A DNA stretch of 64,000 nucleotides from a phage. The notes under the pieces were generated by a model that had not been told where the DNA came from, made no database searches, and saw only the letters and a list, made by a program, of their open reading frames with translations. A program made the translations under genes and the position numbers. The DNA lies in the sequence record NC_100327.1; one strand, written 5' to 3'. Shown piece after piece: positions 1 through 10,454 of the stretch (within the stretch, counting starts at the first letter, position 1; every line of letters starts with the position of its first letter).

Positions 1-798
1 TCTCGGGTTTTTCTTTTTCTTTTTAGATGTCGAACCACCTTTGGCAGCAGCTTTAGCTTTTCGTTTTTTAGCAGGTTCTGGATTTTTAGGGGTAGGAGAT
101 CCGTGCATCCCAGACTCTGCACTTATTTCAAACACAGAGTCTTTGAACCTTTTTCCAACCTTGGTCCAATACAAAGCCCCATCCTGAACGCTAAATGTTG
201 AGTTAGTCAGCCTTGCAAACCTGCGGAGGTTCTCTGCAGTGTTTCCAGAGAAAGCCATAGAGTATTGCAAAGTCTGGTTTCCAAAACCAACAACCCTACC
301 TTTTGGCAAGTTCATATCCTTCAGTAGATCATTAAGCACAGAGTTCAGAGGTGTGCCTTTCTGATAAGATCTTGTGCTTTGGCACTTAATGATGTTCTCA
401 GTACCATCCCCAAAGATGAACTTAGTTTTTCTGGTCGGACCTTCCCATCTGTCTTCAACAAACTCCACAGTTCCGGAGAATATCAACTGGTTCTCATTAT
501 CATAGCCAGCTTCAAACATAACTGCAAGGGCATCAGCCTGATGCATATCCAAATAGTTAACTGTATCGTCAGATAGGTTGTAAACTGTCACATAACCTTT
601 GTTTGGCTCTTTGGTATTGTCCTTTTGTATGTCAAACTCTATATTGGCAGCACCAGTGTCCGAGCTAACTTCATAAACTCCGGAATCACTCTCCCCTTTC
701 TTTTCAACAGATTTTGGGATATTGGTTTTTGATTTGCCGCCATGTTCTACAGGACGACCAAACAATAATCGCCATGTTCTACGTCTGTACTCTGCCAT
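1..798 (-). CDS. tail/baseplate protein, 3' end cut by window edge
   Basis: Minus-strand open frame from ATG at 796-798 (overlaps upstream stop, TAATG) running off the window start; absent from ORF track; lies downstream of tape measure. Confidence 0.45.
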   Translation of the reverse strand, partial: MAEYRRRTWRLLFGRPVEHGGKSKTNIPKSVEKKGESDSGVYEVSSDTGAANIEFDIQKDNTKEPNKGYVTVYNLSDDTVNYLDMHQADALAVMFEAGYDNENQLIFSGTVEFVEDRWEGPTRKTKFIFGDGTENIIKCQSTRSYQKGTPLNSVLNDLLKDMNLPKGRVVGFGNQTLQYSMAFSGNTAENLRRFARLTNSTFSVQDGALYWTKVGKRFKDSVFEISAESGMHGSPTPKNPEPAKKRKAKAAAKGGSTSKKKKKNPR

Positions 799-1178
799 TA
801 TTCTAACCCTTGCTGTTCCTTGTAAAGATCAACCGGGGTGCCGTATACAAGTTGTAGCTCAGATCTCGCCCCAAGGTTATATCTTCCAACCCTGCCCCAA
901 TATTGATCGTCTTTAAACGACAGCGCCATCAGTCTACCTTTCGGTAAATCATCTCTGTAATGCAGTCCGTCTAAAATATCTTGACAAGCTGTTACTTTTC
1001 TAGTTACTAAAGGGCTGTCACCTACTGGACCAAGAGATAACCACCAGGACTCATCCCTCTCATTCCATTGCATACGCATTTCATACGTTTCGTTGTCTAA
1101 AACAACACGCATGGTTTGGTCAGGAAAGCCGTCAATGTCCCACACAAAGGTTATTATGCACCAATCTTTAAGCTCCAT
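798..1178 (-). CDS. hypothetical tail protein
   Basis: ORF track 126 aa, ATG start; sits between tape measure and baseplate-like gene. Confidence 0.5.
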   Translation of the reverse strand: MELKDWCIITFVWDIDGFPDQTMRVVLDNETYEMRMQWNERDESWWLSLGPVGDSPLVTRKVTACQDILDGLHYRDDLPKGRLMALSFKDDQYWGRVGRYNLGARSELQLVYGTPVDLYKEQQGLE

Positions 1179-1190
1179 TATACGCTCCCC

Positions 1191-2075
1191 TTATTTCCCG
1201 TTAACTTTGTTGTAGTTTCCCTGCTCAGATGGGACTATGGTAGAAGGTCTTCCATATTCCTGATAATACCAATCCGCAGCCGATTGGGTAACACCGTTTT
1301 CATCTGTCCACATCATAGACTTGTATGGCTGCCACTCCTCTGCAGCGTTTGTGGATGCAGTGTCTGCGAATGCTCCTGTGTCCCTCTTGTTACCTACGTT
1401 ACTACCATTCTTACAGTCGTTGACAGCACCTTTTTGCTGGGTTTTGCCTACTTTCTTAGGATTGCTGTATACAGTTGCATTAACAACCTTATTCAAGTAG
1501 AATGTGCGGAACTCTGTAAGCTCTACATCAAACACCATTGCAGCGCCTTCACCAACAGACTTGTTGGCAGAAAGACTGGTTATGATGTAGTTCTCAAGAA
1601 GTCTCTCCTCGGTAACCAAAGAAACCAACTGTCGCTTATTGATAATCTCAGTCAAAGCCTCCAATGCAGCGCCTGGTCGCATAGATGCTGCAGGGTTTTT
1701 AGAGTCAGTATTCCTGTCAATGTAGTTTTGCTCATAAATTATGTGTGGGGATGTATTTACCCTACCAGTAAAAGAAAATACACCATCTTTAATTACAGCG
1801 TGGTCTGACAGGGTAGATTTATCTTCCACCGCAAACCCAGTCTTATCAACAGAATGTTTGAAAGAGTAATTCTCAACCTGATCGAAGATAATGGCAAGAT
1901 CGTTAGTAAAGTTTTTACCCTTCATCTCCGTATTGCGACCGCCATAGTTAAGACCGCTGACAAACATAGTGTACTTTACATCGCTTTCAGTTTGCTGCTC
2001 TGCCTTTTCAGCCTTTGGAGATTTAACCTCTTGAGGCTTGTACAGGTCTTTTTCATCAACTATATTGCTTGGCAT
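1191..2075 (-). CDS. tail-associated protein (post-tape-measure position)
   Basis: ORF track 1191..2102; start moved to internal ATG (codon 10) preceded by GGAGAGG. Confidence 0.5.
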   Translation of the reverse strand: MPSNIVDEKDLYKPQEVKSPKAEKAEQQTESDVKYTMFVSGLNYGGRNTEMKGKNFTNDLAIIFDQVENYSFKHSVDKTGFAVEDKSTLSDHAVIKDGVFSFTGRVNTSPHIIYEQNYIDRNTDSKNPAASMRPGAALEALTEIINKRQLVSLVTEERLLENYIITSLSANKSVGEGAAMVFDVELTEFRTFYLNKVVNATVYSNPKKVGKTQQKGAVNDCKNGSNVGNKRDTGAFADTASTNAAEEWQPYKSMMWTDENGVTQSAADWYYQEYGRPSTIVPSEQGNYNKVNGK

Positions 2076-2142
2076 AACCTCTCCAGGACACTCCGATACC
2101 ATCTAGATATTGTATCATAAAATAGCCGTTTTTACAACACCG

Positions 2143-2168
2143 ATAAAATAAAGGGGGCCGGAGCCCCC
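2143..2168 (-). terminator. rho-independent terminator after tape measure gene
   Basis: GGGGGC-cgga-GCCCCC hairpin with A-run on plus strand (U-run for minus transcript). Confidence 0.55.
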
Positions 2169-2179
2169 TGCACAGTTTA

Positions 2180-4516
2180 TTACCAAAGGTCGGTAGACAT
2201 GAAGTTGATATCTTTATTGTTCTCCCACTCAAGTTTTGCATCAAATATTTTGTTAAACTCACCCTCATCTATTGAAATCGTGATTTTCCCATCACTGATC
2301 TCTAAAGGTAGCATTTCCATAGTTCTTAATTGAGAAGCAAAACCAGGGCCACCCGGCAACGGAAGAGTCCCGCCCGGTAAGGTGTCCAAAGGATTAACAA
2401 ACCCGTTACCTCCCGATATGATATCTTTGCGAATCATATCGCTGATAGTATCCAGCTGCTGATTTCTTTCACTTAGTGGGTTGTAACGGTCATTAAATAA
2501 TTCCCCGGCGCTTAGTATTGTACCGATAATGCCCAGCTTACCGAGCAGACCAACTTTGCCACCAGGTGTCTTGAGGCCACCTCCACCTTTTCCTGCCGGA
2601 GCTCCACCACCAGATCCTTCTGTAGTAGCGGCACCCGCTGCTCCAGCTGCACCTCTTAGAGAGTTAAGGAATTTAAAGGTTTTTACAAGCATGGATGCCA
2701 TGACAAAACCTTTTGTTAGGGCGTTGACTACCAGCATGATGGCAGCAGCAAACCCTGCCCATTTAGCATAGCTAAAGGTGTCATGAAGCTCTTCAGAATA
2801 TTCCTTCGTCTTAGCTGTTATGAATCCCCATTTAATCCCCCATTCAAGGAAAAACATGCGGATCTTGACTATAGTGTTGTTTAGTTCACCAACTACCCAG
2901 TTAAGGCCTCTCACAAACCCGCTAACAAAATCACCAGAGGCATCCCACACAAATTGCAGAGTCTCACCCGTGCGGATCAGTGTATAATAGAACTCTGTTA
3001 GTTCGTCAGACCAACGGGTGAACAGTTTCTGACGAGTCAGTTCGATGAAGGTTTTCAGTCTGTTTTCTGCCAGCACGTTAGACTTCTGCATTCTTTCATA
3101 ACCAGCTGCAGATGCCTCGTTCATGTACTTAGCCACATACTTCATGATCTTGGCTGTTTTAACCTCACCTTTCTTCATCATGTCCATGAACTGATCCATG
3201 GAGAGTTCAGAAAGACCAAAAGCCTCTTTGGTGGCCTTGATAAAAGGTTCGTATGCACCAGGCAATGCTTCAGCAAGTTGTTGCTTCAGTTCTTCGGACA
3301 TTACTTGTCCTTTCCCAAGCATCTGTTGGATTGCCATAATACCGCGCTGGTATTTTACCTCATCGGCACCATAAGCAGCAGCATACTGTGAGTATGCAGA
3401 AAACAGCTCATGCACTTCCTGATTTGTCATCTGGTTTTTGGCGTTTACCGACATCTGGGCGTAACCTTGAAGACCAGATTTGAGATCAAAACCAAGACGC
3501 ATAGCCTCTTGCTGGACAAACGCAACCTCACTGTTGGCTTTGTTTGGATCTCCAGTAACAGCAGTAAGAGCAGCACTTGCCCCCTCCATCATGTGACCGG
3601 ATCTGTTAACCGCAGCAAATCCAGAAAAAGCTGTATACGCAGCTGTTGCATTAATAACAGATCTACGTAAGTCTCTCATGGCATCGCCTAGTGTAAGCGT
3701 TTGGCTGGTGGCGCTTTTAAACCCAGACTGCAGCGCTGACAGGTGGGCGTTAAAGGTTGACTTCTTCATCTCCCCGCGAGCAAACCTGGACTCTAACTCT
3801 GAGTATCCTGGCAAGCTTCCACGGAATCCGGCCCCATACTTGGCAGAAAGTCTTATCGCGGAGTTGTAGAGGTGGGTTCTCCTTGCCTCACGATCCGACA
3901 TAAGCCTATTATCCATACCAGCTTTACTGTCTCTTCTTAGCTGTCTATGATAACGATTCATAGCGGCTGTCTGAGCTTTCACAAGGTTAGGGTCGGAAGC
4001 TACACCACCCATATTAGGGTTACCGGGGATATATTTGAAAGCTTTGGCATTAGCCAGAACTCTTGCCTTAGGTGCCTTATAACCGCCGTAAGACACTGGT
4101 GCAGATTTGGCAGCCTTTTTGGCCTCTTTAGCTTGCTGCTGGTAGAACTTACGCATCCTAGCCATTTCTGGATTTTTAGCGGTAAGATTACCTACAGCTT
4201 GTTTACGTCTCGCATTCTCCCTACGTTCTATTGCAGCCCTTACTGCAGCCTCTTTCTTGGCCTGTGCTACGCTCTCTCTGTGCAGTTTAGCATTTGCCTG
4301 AGATTGCTGTCTGGCAACCCTCTGCATTGTCTGCTGGGTTTTAACAGCTACCGCCTGCCATCTACTCATGGGGTTGGCTGAGTTAAAATCCTCGCCCAGT
4401 TTCCTGAACTCCCTCCCAATACTGCGAATTTTCTCTACAGCTTTTTTGTAGGAGGAGTTCTCTATCTCAAAGCCAATCTTGTTGACTGTTGTGGCAACTA
4501 TTTTGTTTGTAGCCAT
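2180..4516 (-). CDS. tail tape measure protein
   Basis: 778 aa, ATG with GAGGA RBS; long alpha-helical Ala/Gln/Lys-rich N-terminus, Gly-rich segment, hydrophobic stretches; follows chaperone pair. Confidence 0.8.
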   Translation of the reverse strand: MATNKIVATTVNKIGFEIENSSYKKAVEKIRSIGREFRKLGEDFNSANPMSRWQAVAVKTQQTMQRVARQQSQANAKLHRESVAQAKKEAAVRAAIERRENARRKQAVGNLTAKNPEMARMRKFYQQQAKEAKKAAKSAPVSYGGYKAPKARVLANAKAFKYIPGNPNMGGVASDPNLVKAQTAAMNRYHRQLRRDSKAGMDNRLMSDREARRTHLYNSAIRLSAKYGAGFRGSLPGYSELESRFARGEMKKSTFNAHLSALQSGFKSATSQTLTLGDAMRDLRRSVINATAAYTAFSGFAAVNRSGHMMEGASAALTAVTGDPNKANSEVAFVQQEAMRLGFDLKSGLQGYAQMSVNAKNQMTNQEVHELFSAYSQYAAAYGADEVKYQRGIMAIQQMLGKGQVMSEELKQQLAEALPGAYEPFIKATKEAFGLSELSMDQFMDMMKKGEVKTAKIMKYVAKYMNEASAAGYERMQKSNVLAENRLKTFIELTRQKLFTRWSDELTEFYYTLIRTGETLQFVWDASGDFVSGFVRGLNWVVGELNNTIVKIRMFFLEWGIKWGFITAKTKEYSEELHDTFSYAKWAGFAAAIMLVVNALTKGFVMASMLVKTFKFLNSLRGAAGAAGAATTEGSGGGAPAGKGGGGLKTPGGKVGLLGKLGIIGTILSAGELFNDRYNPLSERNQQLDTISDMIRKDIISGGNGFVNPLDTLPGGTLPLPGGPGFASQLRTMEMLPLEISDGKITISIDEGEFNKIFDAKLEWENNKDINFMSTDLW

Positions 4517-4570
4517 GGTTTCCTCATAATAAAAAGGGCCAGATCCCAGAAAAGGAATCCGGCCCTTAGA

Positions 4571-4819
4571 TTATCCTCTCCTGCGCTTAGCTTTCGCAGC
4601 AGCTGCGGCAGCCTTCTGCTCCCGCTCCATTTCCCTGTTTTGGACGGTATCTAGGAATTCTTCGATATCAAGATACTCACAGAGCTTCAGGAAATACGCC
4701 ATATCTGCAAGATTTAGCGATTCAAAATTTTCCCCTTTGAAATTCTTGAGCACCCTACACCAAAGAAAGTCGAACCAGTTGAGTGAACTGTTCTTGGCTG
4801 CCCACTCACTGGCCCTCAC
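4571..4819 (-). CDS. tail assembly chaperone frameshift extension (candidate)
   Basis: 82-aa frame with no ATG (track M is GTG); frame stays open upstream into the 3' end of 4831..5304, the classic G/GT-type arrangement before the tape measure. Confidence 0.35.
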   Translation of the reverse strand: MRASEWAAKNSSLNWFDFLWCRVLKNFKGENFESLNLADMAYFLKLCEYLDIEEFLDTVQNREMEREQKAAAAAAKAKRRRG

Positions 4820-4830
4820 AACAACCTTGC

Positions 4831-5304
4831 TTATTCCTGCTCTTCCGGAGTCTGATCCAGGTTGTTCACCTGCTGAATCATACCCATCTGCTGTAACATC
4901 TCCAGAAGGCTTCCTAAACCGTCTTGTGTGAAAAAACAGCCGTAGTTAACCTCCAGAACCTTACCTGCCAGCTTAATCATCTCCAGCAGATGCCCTGCAA
5001 ACACAACATCTGGGTTAAGCTTATCCACACCATCTACGGTAATATCTTCGAACAAGATTTTAAATAACTCTTCAATAGAGCTATCATCAAGTTCTTGGAA
5101 CAGGTAAGCCAGAGCAGTAGGAAGGACCTCTGCCATATTCTGACCACCAGAGATAATAGATCCACCGATAGCACCTAGCGGGACAGCCACAATCTTACCG
5201 ATTTTAGGCATGTTTTTCATTGCTTTCATCGGTCCCCAGTGGGTGATCACAAAGTTGTGCCCTGCTAAATCAATCTCTGTTGTAGGTCTAAAGTTTATAG
5301 CCAT
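4831..5304 (-). CDS. tail assembly chaperone
   Basis: 157 aa acidic protein, ATG start, between tail tube and tape measure. Confidence 0.5.
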   Translation of the reverse strand: MAINFRPTTEIDLAGHNFVITHWGPMKAMKNMPKIGKIVAVPLGAIGGSIISGGQNMAEVLPTALAYLFQELDDSSIEELFKILFEDITVDGVDKLNPDVVFAGHLLEMIKLAGKVLEVNYGCFFTQDGLGSLLEMLQQMGMIQQVNNLDQTPEEQE

Positions 5305-5466
5305 TTTATAGCATCCTTATTAGTCATGTTGTGCACCATATTTGTGTATTTTACCATGATTATGGTGCATTGTCAATTTAACCTTTCAAGCAATTCAAGA
5401 ACGTGTGTCAAAACCATAAAAGCAAAAAGCCCCACCCGAAGGTGAGGCTTATGCTAAAGTGTGCCC

Positions 5467-5940
5467 TTAGATAATACCTGCAAGACCTGCGAGGCCAGTA
5501 AGAGCACCAGTGATGTTATCACGGTTGAGCCATGCATCCAGAATACCGATATCCCAGTCCAGCTGACCTACTTCGGTTCCGTAAGTCAGGTCAGGCTGTT
5601 TCTGGATCCAACCAATTGTGGAAATACCAGGACCCTGGCTACCTTCCAGCAGAACTGGGAAGAATACCAGACCAGTAATCGATGCCTGTTTCTGCCAGTC
5701 AGAAAGGTAAGCGTTCCATACAGAAGTGTTCTGCAAAGATACAGTCATAACACCAGATTGGTTACGAGACAGGGCCGCAGACATTTCGCCATCCACACCG
5801 ACGTGAGGGTAGATGTTGTCTTCGTTTCTTGAAACAACGATCTTGGTGTCAGCAGCGAAGCCAGTGACACGCTGCTGCATCAGGTACAGTTTGACCTTTT
5901 TAGGGTCATACGCATAAGGAGTTAAAATTTGAGTTTCCAT
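5467..5940 (-). CDS. tail tube protein
   Basis: 157 aa, ATG with AAGGAAG RBS; immediately downstream of sheath gene. Confidence 0.6.
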   Translation of the reverse strand: METQILTPYAYDPKKVKLYLMQQRVTGFAADTKIVVSRNEDNIYPHVGVDGEMSAALSRNQSGVMTVSLQNTSVWNAYLSDWQKQASITGLVFFPVLLEGSQGPGISTIGWIQKQPDLTYGTEVGQLDWDIGILDAWLNRDNITGALTGLAGLAGII

Positions 5941-5950
5941 CTAGTCTTCC

Positions 5951-7327
5951 TTATTCAGTCATTGCAACAGCATTGGTGGATTTAGAACCAACTTTGTCCA
6001 GAAGAACGTTGATCCGGATACGAACGAAGTGCAGGGCGTTGTTATACACCAGTTCCACTTTCACACCTTCCAGAACACGAGCAGCCAACTGATTGGTTGG
6101 GATTTCTGCACGTTTAGGAACTGTGATGATCGGGTCGTAGAATACATTATTGTCTTCGTCGAAACCTGTCAGGATCGCACCATTCTTAATGCCAGTGTTG
6201 ATTGGGTTGTTCATCAGGACAGACTTGATAACCGGAAGATCATCATCAGACATCTTCATGCTTAAACCCATGTTGGAGCGACGATGCATGTACCCAAACA
6301 TAGATTCTTCAGATCTGAACTTGATCCAGTGTGCAAAACGAATAGCGTCTGCATACTGACCTGAAGCACACTTACCTTCCCAGAAAGCGCCAACACCGTT
6401 AATCATTCTGTAGAAGTTAACGTGGTTTTCCCAAATAGCCATACGCTGAGTTAAAGTCAGAGACGGTGCAATCACACCTGGCATCTGTTTTAAGTGCAAG
6501 CTGTCGCCGTAAGACGGATCGTTGGATGCCATAGCACCTATGATACCACCCTCCGGGAAGTCCTTATCTGCGCGAGGATCGTACATGCCGACACTGTCAT
6601 ATTGTGCAGCTTTCAGTTTGGTGGCGATGTTATTATCTTTACCAGTCACATCTTCTGCAGTAGAGTAGACGTGCAGCTTGTAGTTGGCCTGAGCCCACTT
6701 AGCACATGCTTCAATGTCGGTGTGGTCTTCATGGCACAGGAAGTACCAATTGTCCCGCTCAGCATTGATCTTATCAACTACTGTAGAAGGTTTTTCAGCA
6801 TTGGCGATATTTTTAATTGTATAGTTACCAGTATGATAACCTACAGTGCAGTCACCAGTGATGGTGATAACACCGTCTTCAGCCGCTACAGTGATATCGT
6901 CCAAGTTATCATCTGCTTCGATTTTAGTCTTCATGGACTCTGCGATCTGAGTTGCAGCTGTCCCACCAGAGATAGGAACTATCAAAGAGGTATTGTAGCC
7001 ACCTTTTGCAATAGTCATTACTACATCGGTATCAGCTGCGGCAGCAATACCTTTAAAATCTACAGTGGTTTTTTCTTTGGCCTGTCTGCCGATCATAACA
7101 TATTGTGGAGGGAATACACCACCAAAAGCTTTTGCTGCAAACTCATACGCTGCAGAGCCTTGTGCGAAACCATCTTCCACCATCTGATCCAGCTCCGCAT
7201 ATACGCGAGCTCGCTCAGTAAAGTTGTTGTGGATAGCGATGAACAGGGGAGTTTCGAAACCTACAGTGTCAATAGGTTGGGTTCCGAGGTTAACTGTAAC
7301 ATCTACCACTTTATCTAAATATGGCAT
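5951..7327 (-). CDS. tail sheath protein
   Basis: 458 aa, ATG with AGAGGA RBS; size and sheath-tube-chaperone-tape-measure order typical of contractile tails. Confidence 0.65.
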   Translation of the reverse strand: MPYLDKVVDVTVNLGTQPIDTVGFETPLFIAIHNNFTERARVYAELDQMVEDGFAQGSAAYEFAAKAFGGVFPPQYVMIGRQAKEKTTVDFKGIAAAADTDVVMTIAKGGYNTSLIVPISGGTAATQIAESMKTKIEADDNLDDITVAAEDGVITITGDCTVGYHTGNYTIKNIANAEKPSTVVDKINAERDNWYFLCHEDHTDIEACAKWAQANYKLHVYSTAEDVTGKDNNIATKLKAAQYDSVGMYDPRADKDFPEGGIIGAMASNDPSYGDSLHLKQMPGVIAPSLTLTQRMAIWENHVNFYRMINGVGAFWEGKCASGQYADAIRFAHWIKFRSEESMFGYMHRRSNMGLSMKMSDDDLPVIKSVLMNNPINTGIKNGAILTGFDEDNNVFYDPIITVPKRAEIPTNQLAARVLEGVKVELVYNNALHFVRIRINVLLDKVGSKSTNAVAMTE

Positions 7328-7399
7328 TTGTTTCCTCTTAATATCTGTGCACGGATATCAAACACGCAGTGTAATCATTACACTACACAATTATAACGA

Positions 7400-7951
7400 T
7401 TACTGACCACTGTCTGTAACCGATTTATCAGAATTGGGTGAAGGGAAGTGTGTGGTTATTTCAGCCTTAATTCCCTGAAGATCCTCAAAAGCCCCAATGT
7501 CTGTCTCAACAAACCTTACGTTAAATGTCAGCATTACCGTGGCTCTATTTTCATACGTCTGCTTATTCAACGGCACTCTTTGAGGTGAGATTGTTGAATT
7601 GTTAGAGTAGGCAAAGCACGATCCCAGAGGGAAATACTTGTCATAAAACATTGGAAGGTTTATTGCTTGCAATACTCTGCTAAGTGCAGCATATGCCCTG
7701 CCGCGATAAGCTGTTAACAGATAAGTAACAGTGTAACTGTGGGTGACGTAAGCATTACCTTCCGCATCTTGAAACTCATTATCTTCCCAAGTGGTGGGAT
7801 TGATCGCCAGGGTTTGCAAAAGTACAAACTCACCTTCCGGCTTCGGTATGGTAGAGCTTTCTGCCAGAACTACAGTTCTTCCTGTGGCAACCTTGACAAG
7901 CTTAGCGATGGTTGTTTCAAGATCAGAAAAAACTTTTTCGAAAGCTTCCAT
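7400..7951 (-). CDS. tail completion/neck protein (position-based)
   Basis: 183 aa, ATG overlapping upstream stop (ATGA). Confidence 0.4.
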   Translation of the reverse strand: MEAFEKVFSDLETTIAKLVKVATGRTVVLAESSTIPKPEGEFVLLQTLAINPTTWEDNEFQDAEGNAYVTHSYTVTYLLTAYRGRAYAALSRVLQAINLPMFYDKYFPLGSCFAYSNNSTISPQRVPLNKQTYENRATVMLTFNVRFVETDIGAFEDLQGIKAEITTHFPSPNSDKSVTDSGQ

Positions 7952-8376
7952 CAGTTTTCTCCTTCAGGCTCTTCTACCACAAAAAATCTATATCTTCCAC
8001 CACCAGACGTGACATAAGCATCACATTTTAAAACGGTAAACCACTTCAGGTCACCACGGATGTCGGGCAGTTGAATTTGATCAGCCATTGCATATGTTCC
8101 TTCGTCTGGACTATACAACTTGGTTGAGGAGTAAACTGTAAAAGCCTCGTACTGTCTGTCACCCTCAGGATTTATCTGGGAGGAGTAATCTTTAGCTGCC
8201 CTTCCTGTCAACGGCTGCACAACACACTCTAAGACATCAAACTCTTCATACTCAAGTTCTAACCCCTCGTTAGCAAAAGGACCACCAACTGTTTTGTTAT
8301 ACACTCTGTGGCGACCTTTGAATGTTTTACGGGGTATTAGCCTGTTCTTTCCTATCAGCTTATAACCTGCTGCCAC
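7951..8376 (-). CDS. neck/head-tail joining protein (position-based)
   Basis: 141 aa; GTG start with GGGGG RBS. Confidence 0.4.
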   Translation of the reverse strand: MAAGYKLIGKNRLIPRKTFKGRHRVYNKTVGGPFANEGLELEYEEFDVLECVVQPLTGRAAKDYSSQINPEGDRQYEAFTVYSSTKLYSPDEGTYAMADQIQLPDIRGDLKWFTVLKCDAYVTSGGGRYRFFVVEEPEGEN

Positions 8377-8385
8377 TCAACCCCC

Positions 8386-8850
8386 TTATTTTTGCTGTCC
8401 AATTTTAAAGGTTGCAGATTCCAGCAGCACATCGTAATGCCGCATAGCCTCGTTGAAGCCCTTCTCTTGTGCCCACTGCTCACTAACAGTAGGGTTACTA
8501 AACTGACCAGCCTCAATAACAAACTGGATAGCTTTGGCCCCTGTGTCCCCCATCTGCTTAAGAATAGCCTCTGCACTTGATCCTCTAGCCATAGCTCTCA
8601 ACAATTTTTCTGTCAAGGTCTGTAGTTGAGTGCTGTGAAATGCAAAAGCTGTCTCCATGAAATTGCGAACAGGCAGCCCGTTCCAACCGAAGTTGTGAAT
8701 GGCTGCCAATGTTGCCATATTTAAGCCTGACGGGTGAGGTTCGTCATAAAAGCCGTAGGTTATTGTTTTACTTTCAAGTCTCACAAGTTCTTTGTAGAAG
8801 CGATCTAAACGCTTTAGGTTGAACCTTGTTTGACATTTAACCTTTAGCAT
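8386..8850 (-). CDS. neck/head-tail joining protein (position-based)
   Basis: ORF track 8386..8862; start moved to ATG at codon 5 with GAGGG RBS. Confidence 0.4.
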   Translation of the reverse strand: MLKVKCQTRFNLKRLDRFYKELVRLESKTITYGFYDEPHPSGLNMATLAAIHNFGWNGLPVRNFMETAFAFHSTQLQTLTEKLLRAMARGSSAEAILKQMGDTGAKAIQFVIEAGQFSNPTVSEQWAQEKGFNEAMRHYDVLLESATFKIGQQK

Positions 8851-8903
8851 TATATCCCTCACTAATGTATTTTACCACAAAGATACATCAAAAGCAACAA
8901 TTT

Positions 8904-9524
8904 TTAAAAACTGCGTTTGCGTCTTGGGTGGCGAGGAGGTTGGTTATTTAGACCGCTGATAGGTGTAATCCCCTGGACATCGAACGGTCCGTTGCTGTTT
9001 TCATTAAATTTAACCCGAATTCCTTCGTCTACACGAACACCACCAATGATAATCATTCTGCTGTAAGCATCTAGCTCAGAATCTACATAGTCTGGGTGTG
9101 CCAGCAGCCAATCAAGGAAATCCTTCCATTGGGCGTAGGAAGATCCACCACGAATCTCTATGGTCTCATCACCTATTTTTTCCAGACGGGAAGTTATACT
9201 TGCATTACCGCTGGACACTTCCTGCATCATCAGCCACCGCACAAGCTGCACAAGCACATTGTACTTAAGTAGAGGTAGCTTATCAGGATCTGCCGGATAA
9301 TTTAGTTTCAACTTCTCCATGTCAAGGAATGTTTTAATTACCTCATCAGGGAGGGTTTCCTCATCAACATTGCCAAGCAACAACCTCATAATATTAATAA
9401 GAGGTTGGTCTGGATCAGGTTCCGGAGGTACAGGATCTTCTTTTGGTGGTTCTTCTGGGGTATCGACTACACCATCATGGTTAGGCGGTGACGGGATAAT
9501 CTCTTCATCTTCATACCATGCCAT
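8904..9524 (-). CDS. head-tail connector region protein, acidic
   Basis: ORF track 8904..9581 (TTG); internal ATG (MAWYED) preferred because the extension would run through a hairpin. Confidence 0.4.
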   Translation of the reverse strand: MAWYEDEEIIPSPPNHDGVVDTPEEPPKEDPVPPEPDPDQPLINIMRLLLGNVDEETLPDEVIKTFLDMEKLKLNYPADPDKLPLLKYNVLVQLVRWLMMQEVSSGNASITSRLEKIGDETIEIRGGSSYAQWKDFLDWLLAHPDYVDSELDAYSRMIIIGGVRVDEGIRVKFNENSNGPFDVQGITPISGLNNQPPRHPRRKRSF

Positions 9525-9583
9525 TTGAAAATACCTCGTAAAAATAAAGCCCCATTCCTGATTTGGAAGGGGCCTTAACAAAA

Positions 9584-10429
9584 TTATGCCAGTGCAGCCT
9601 CAAAATCTTTCATCATATTTTGGAAAGTTTTTGCCTTACTTAAGATAACACCGTGCTCTTTGGCGAAGGTTTGGAGTGCATCTTTTGAACCACTTTTGTC
9701 ATCTTCGTTGTTAAGAGCTGCGGCCTGCTGCAGTATGGCATCAACATCACTGCGAGAAGATCTTGATTCTTGTGCCTGTTCAGGATCCTGCTCAGTGCCT
9801 CCCGGTGCAGCCGGATCTGGGGATTCTCCACCCCCACCACCTGGTTCAGTAGGACCTACAGGTGGCTCCGGCTCTGGTTCAGGCAGTGGAGCTACCGTAG
9901 AAACCAGCCCAAGATTTACAACCTGAGAACGTTTCTTAGGCCACTCGATGGTGAAAGTTTGGGTATCTTCTTCATAAACAATGTTGCATTGCTCATCGTT
10001 TATGGTCACTTTTTTAGGCATACCTTCAGGGTCCCACAGATGGCCCTCTGCCACGGAAACTTTGAAAGCAGCATCTACCTCTTTAAACACTGACGGAGTG
10101 AGTGTAATATTGACATCCCCGCTTTGCAGTGTTAAAGTGCTTTCATCAAGGTTCTCTGTGAAGAACAGAAGAATAACACCCATACGGATAGTTGAAATAC
10201 CAGTATCAATTGGCAGGCCTGTGTGTTTTGCAATCTTCTCGAAGAAGTCTACAATCGTTCTACATGGATAGTGAACACTGCCGATAACGAATTCTGTTGG
10301 TGGCAGCAGGGCTGATAAACCAACATTGATTTCTGGATTATATTGTGCTAAAAATTGATAAAAACTTAACTGATTGTTGAAAACTCTTAATAGAGGATCA
10401 TACTCAACTGGGTAGACGGTTCGCTTCAC
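9584..10429 (-). CDS. structural protein with Pro/Glu-rich linker
   Basis: 281 aa; GTG start with AGGAG RBS; PEPEPEPP/GGGGG low-complexity linker; follows major capsid gene. Confidence 0.4.
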   Translation of the reverse strand: MKRTVYPVEYDPLLRVFNNQLSFYQFLAQYNPEINVGLSALLPPTEFVIGSVHYPCRTIVDFFEKIAKHTGLPIDTGISTIRMGVILLFFTENLDESTLTLQSGDVNITLTPSVFKEVDAAFKVSVAEGHLWDPEGMPKKVTINDEQCNIVYEEDTQTFTIEWPKKRSQVVNLGLVSTVAPLPEPEPEPPVGPTEPGGGGGESPDPAAPGGTEQDPEQAQESRSSRSDVDAILQQAAALNNEDDKSGSKDALQTFAKEHGVILSKAKTFQNMMKDFEAALA

Positions 10430-10454
10430 GGGACACTCCTGTTAAACCCTAATA

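Noticed and set aside
379-7318. Plus-strand track ORFs (379..576, 722..916, 1116..1808, 1854..2120, 2529..2771, 3410..4381, 6029..6359, 6494..7318) inside the minus-strand tail genes
   Set aside because: Antisense to long genes with clear starts, RBSs and functional motifs; no RBS or promoter context of their own; typical shadow ORFs.
5951-7327. Reading the 458-aa protein as a T5-type major capsid protein (siphovirus interpretation)
   Set aside because: It lacks a coiled-coil scaffold-like N-terminus and is followed by a 157-aa tube-sized protein, chaperone pair and tape measure; a separate 336-aa capsid candidate with scaffold and portal lies upstream. Sheath assignment fits the gene order better.
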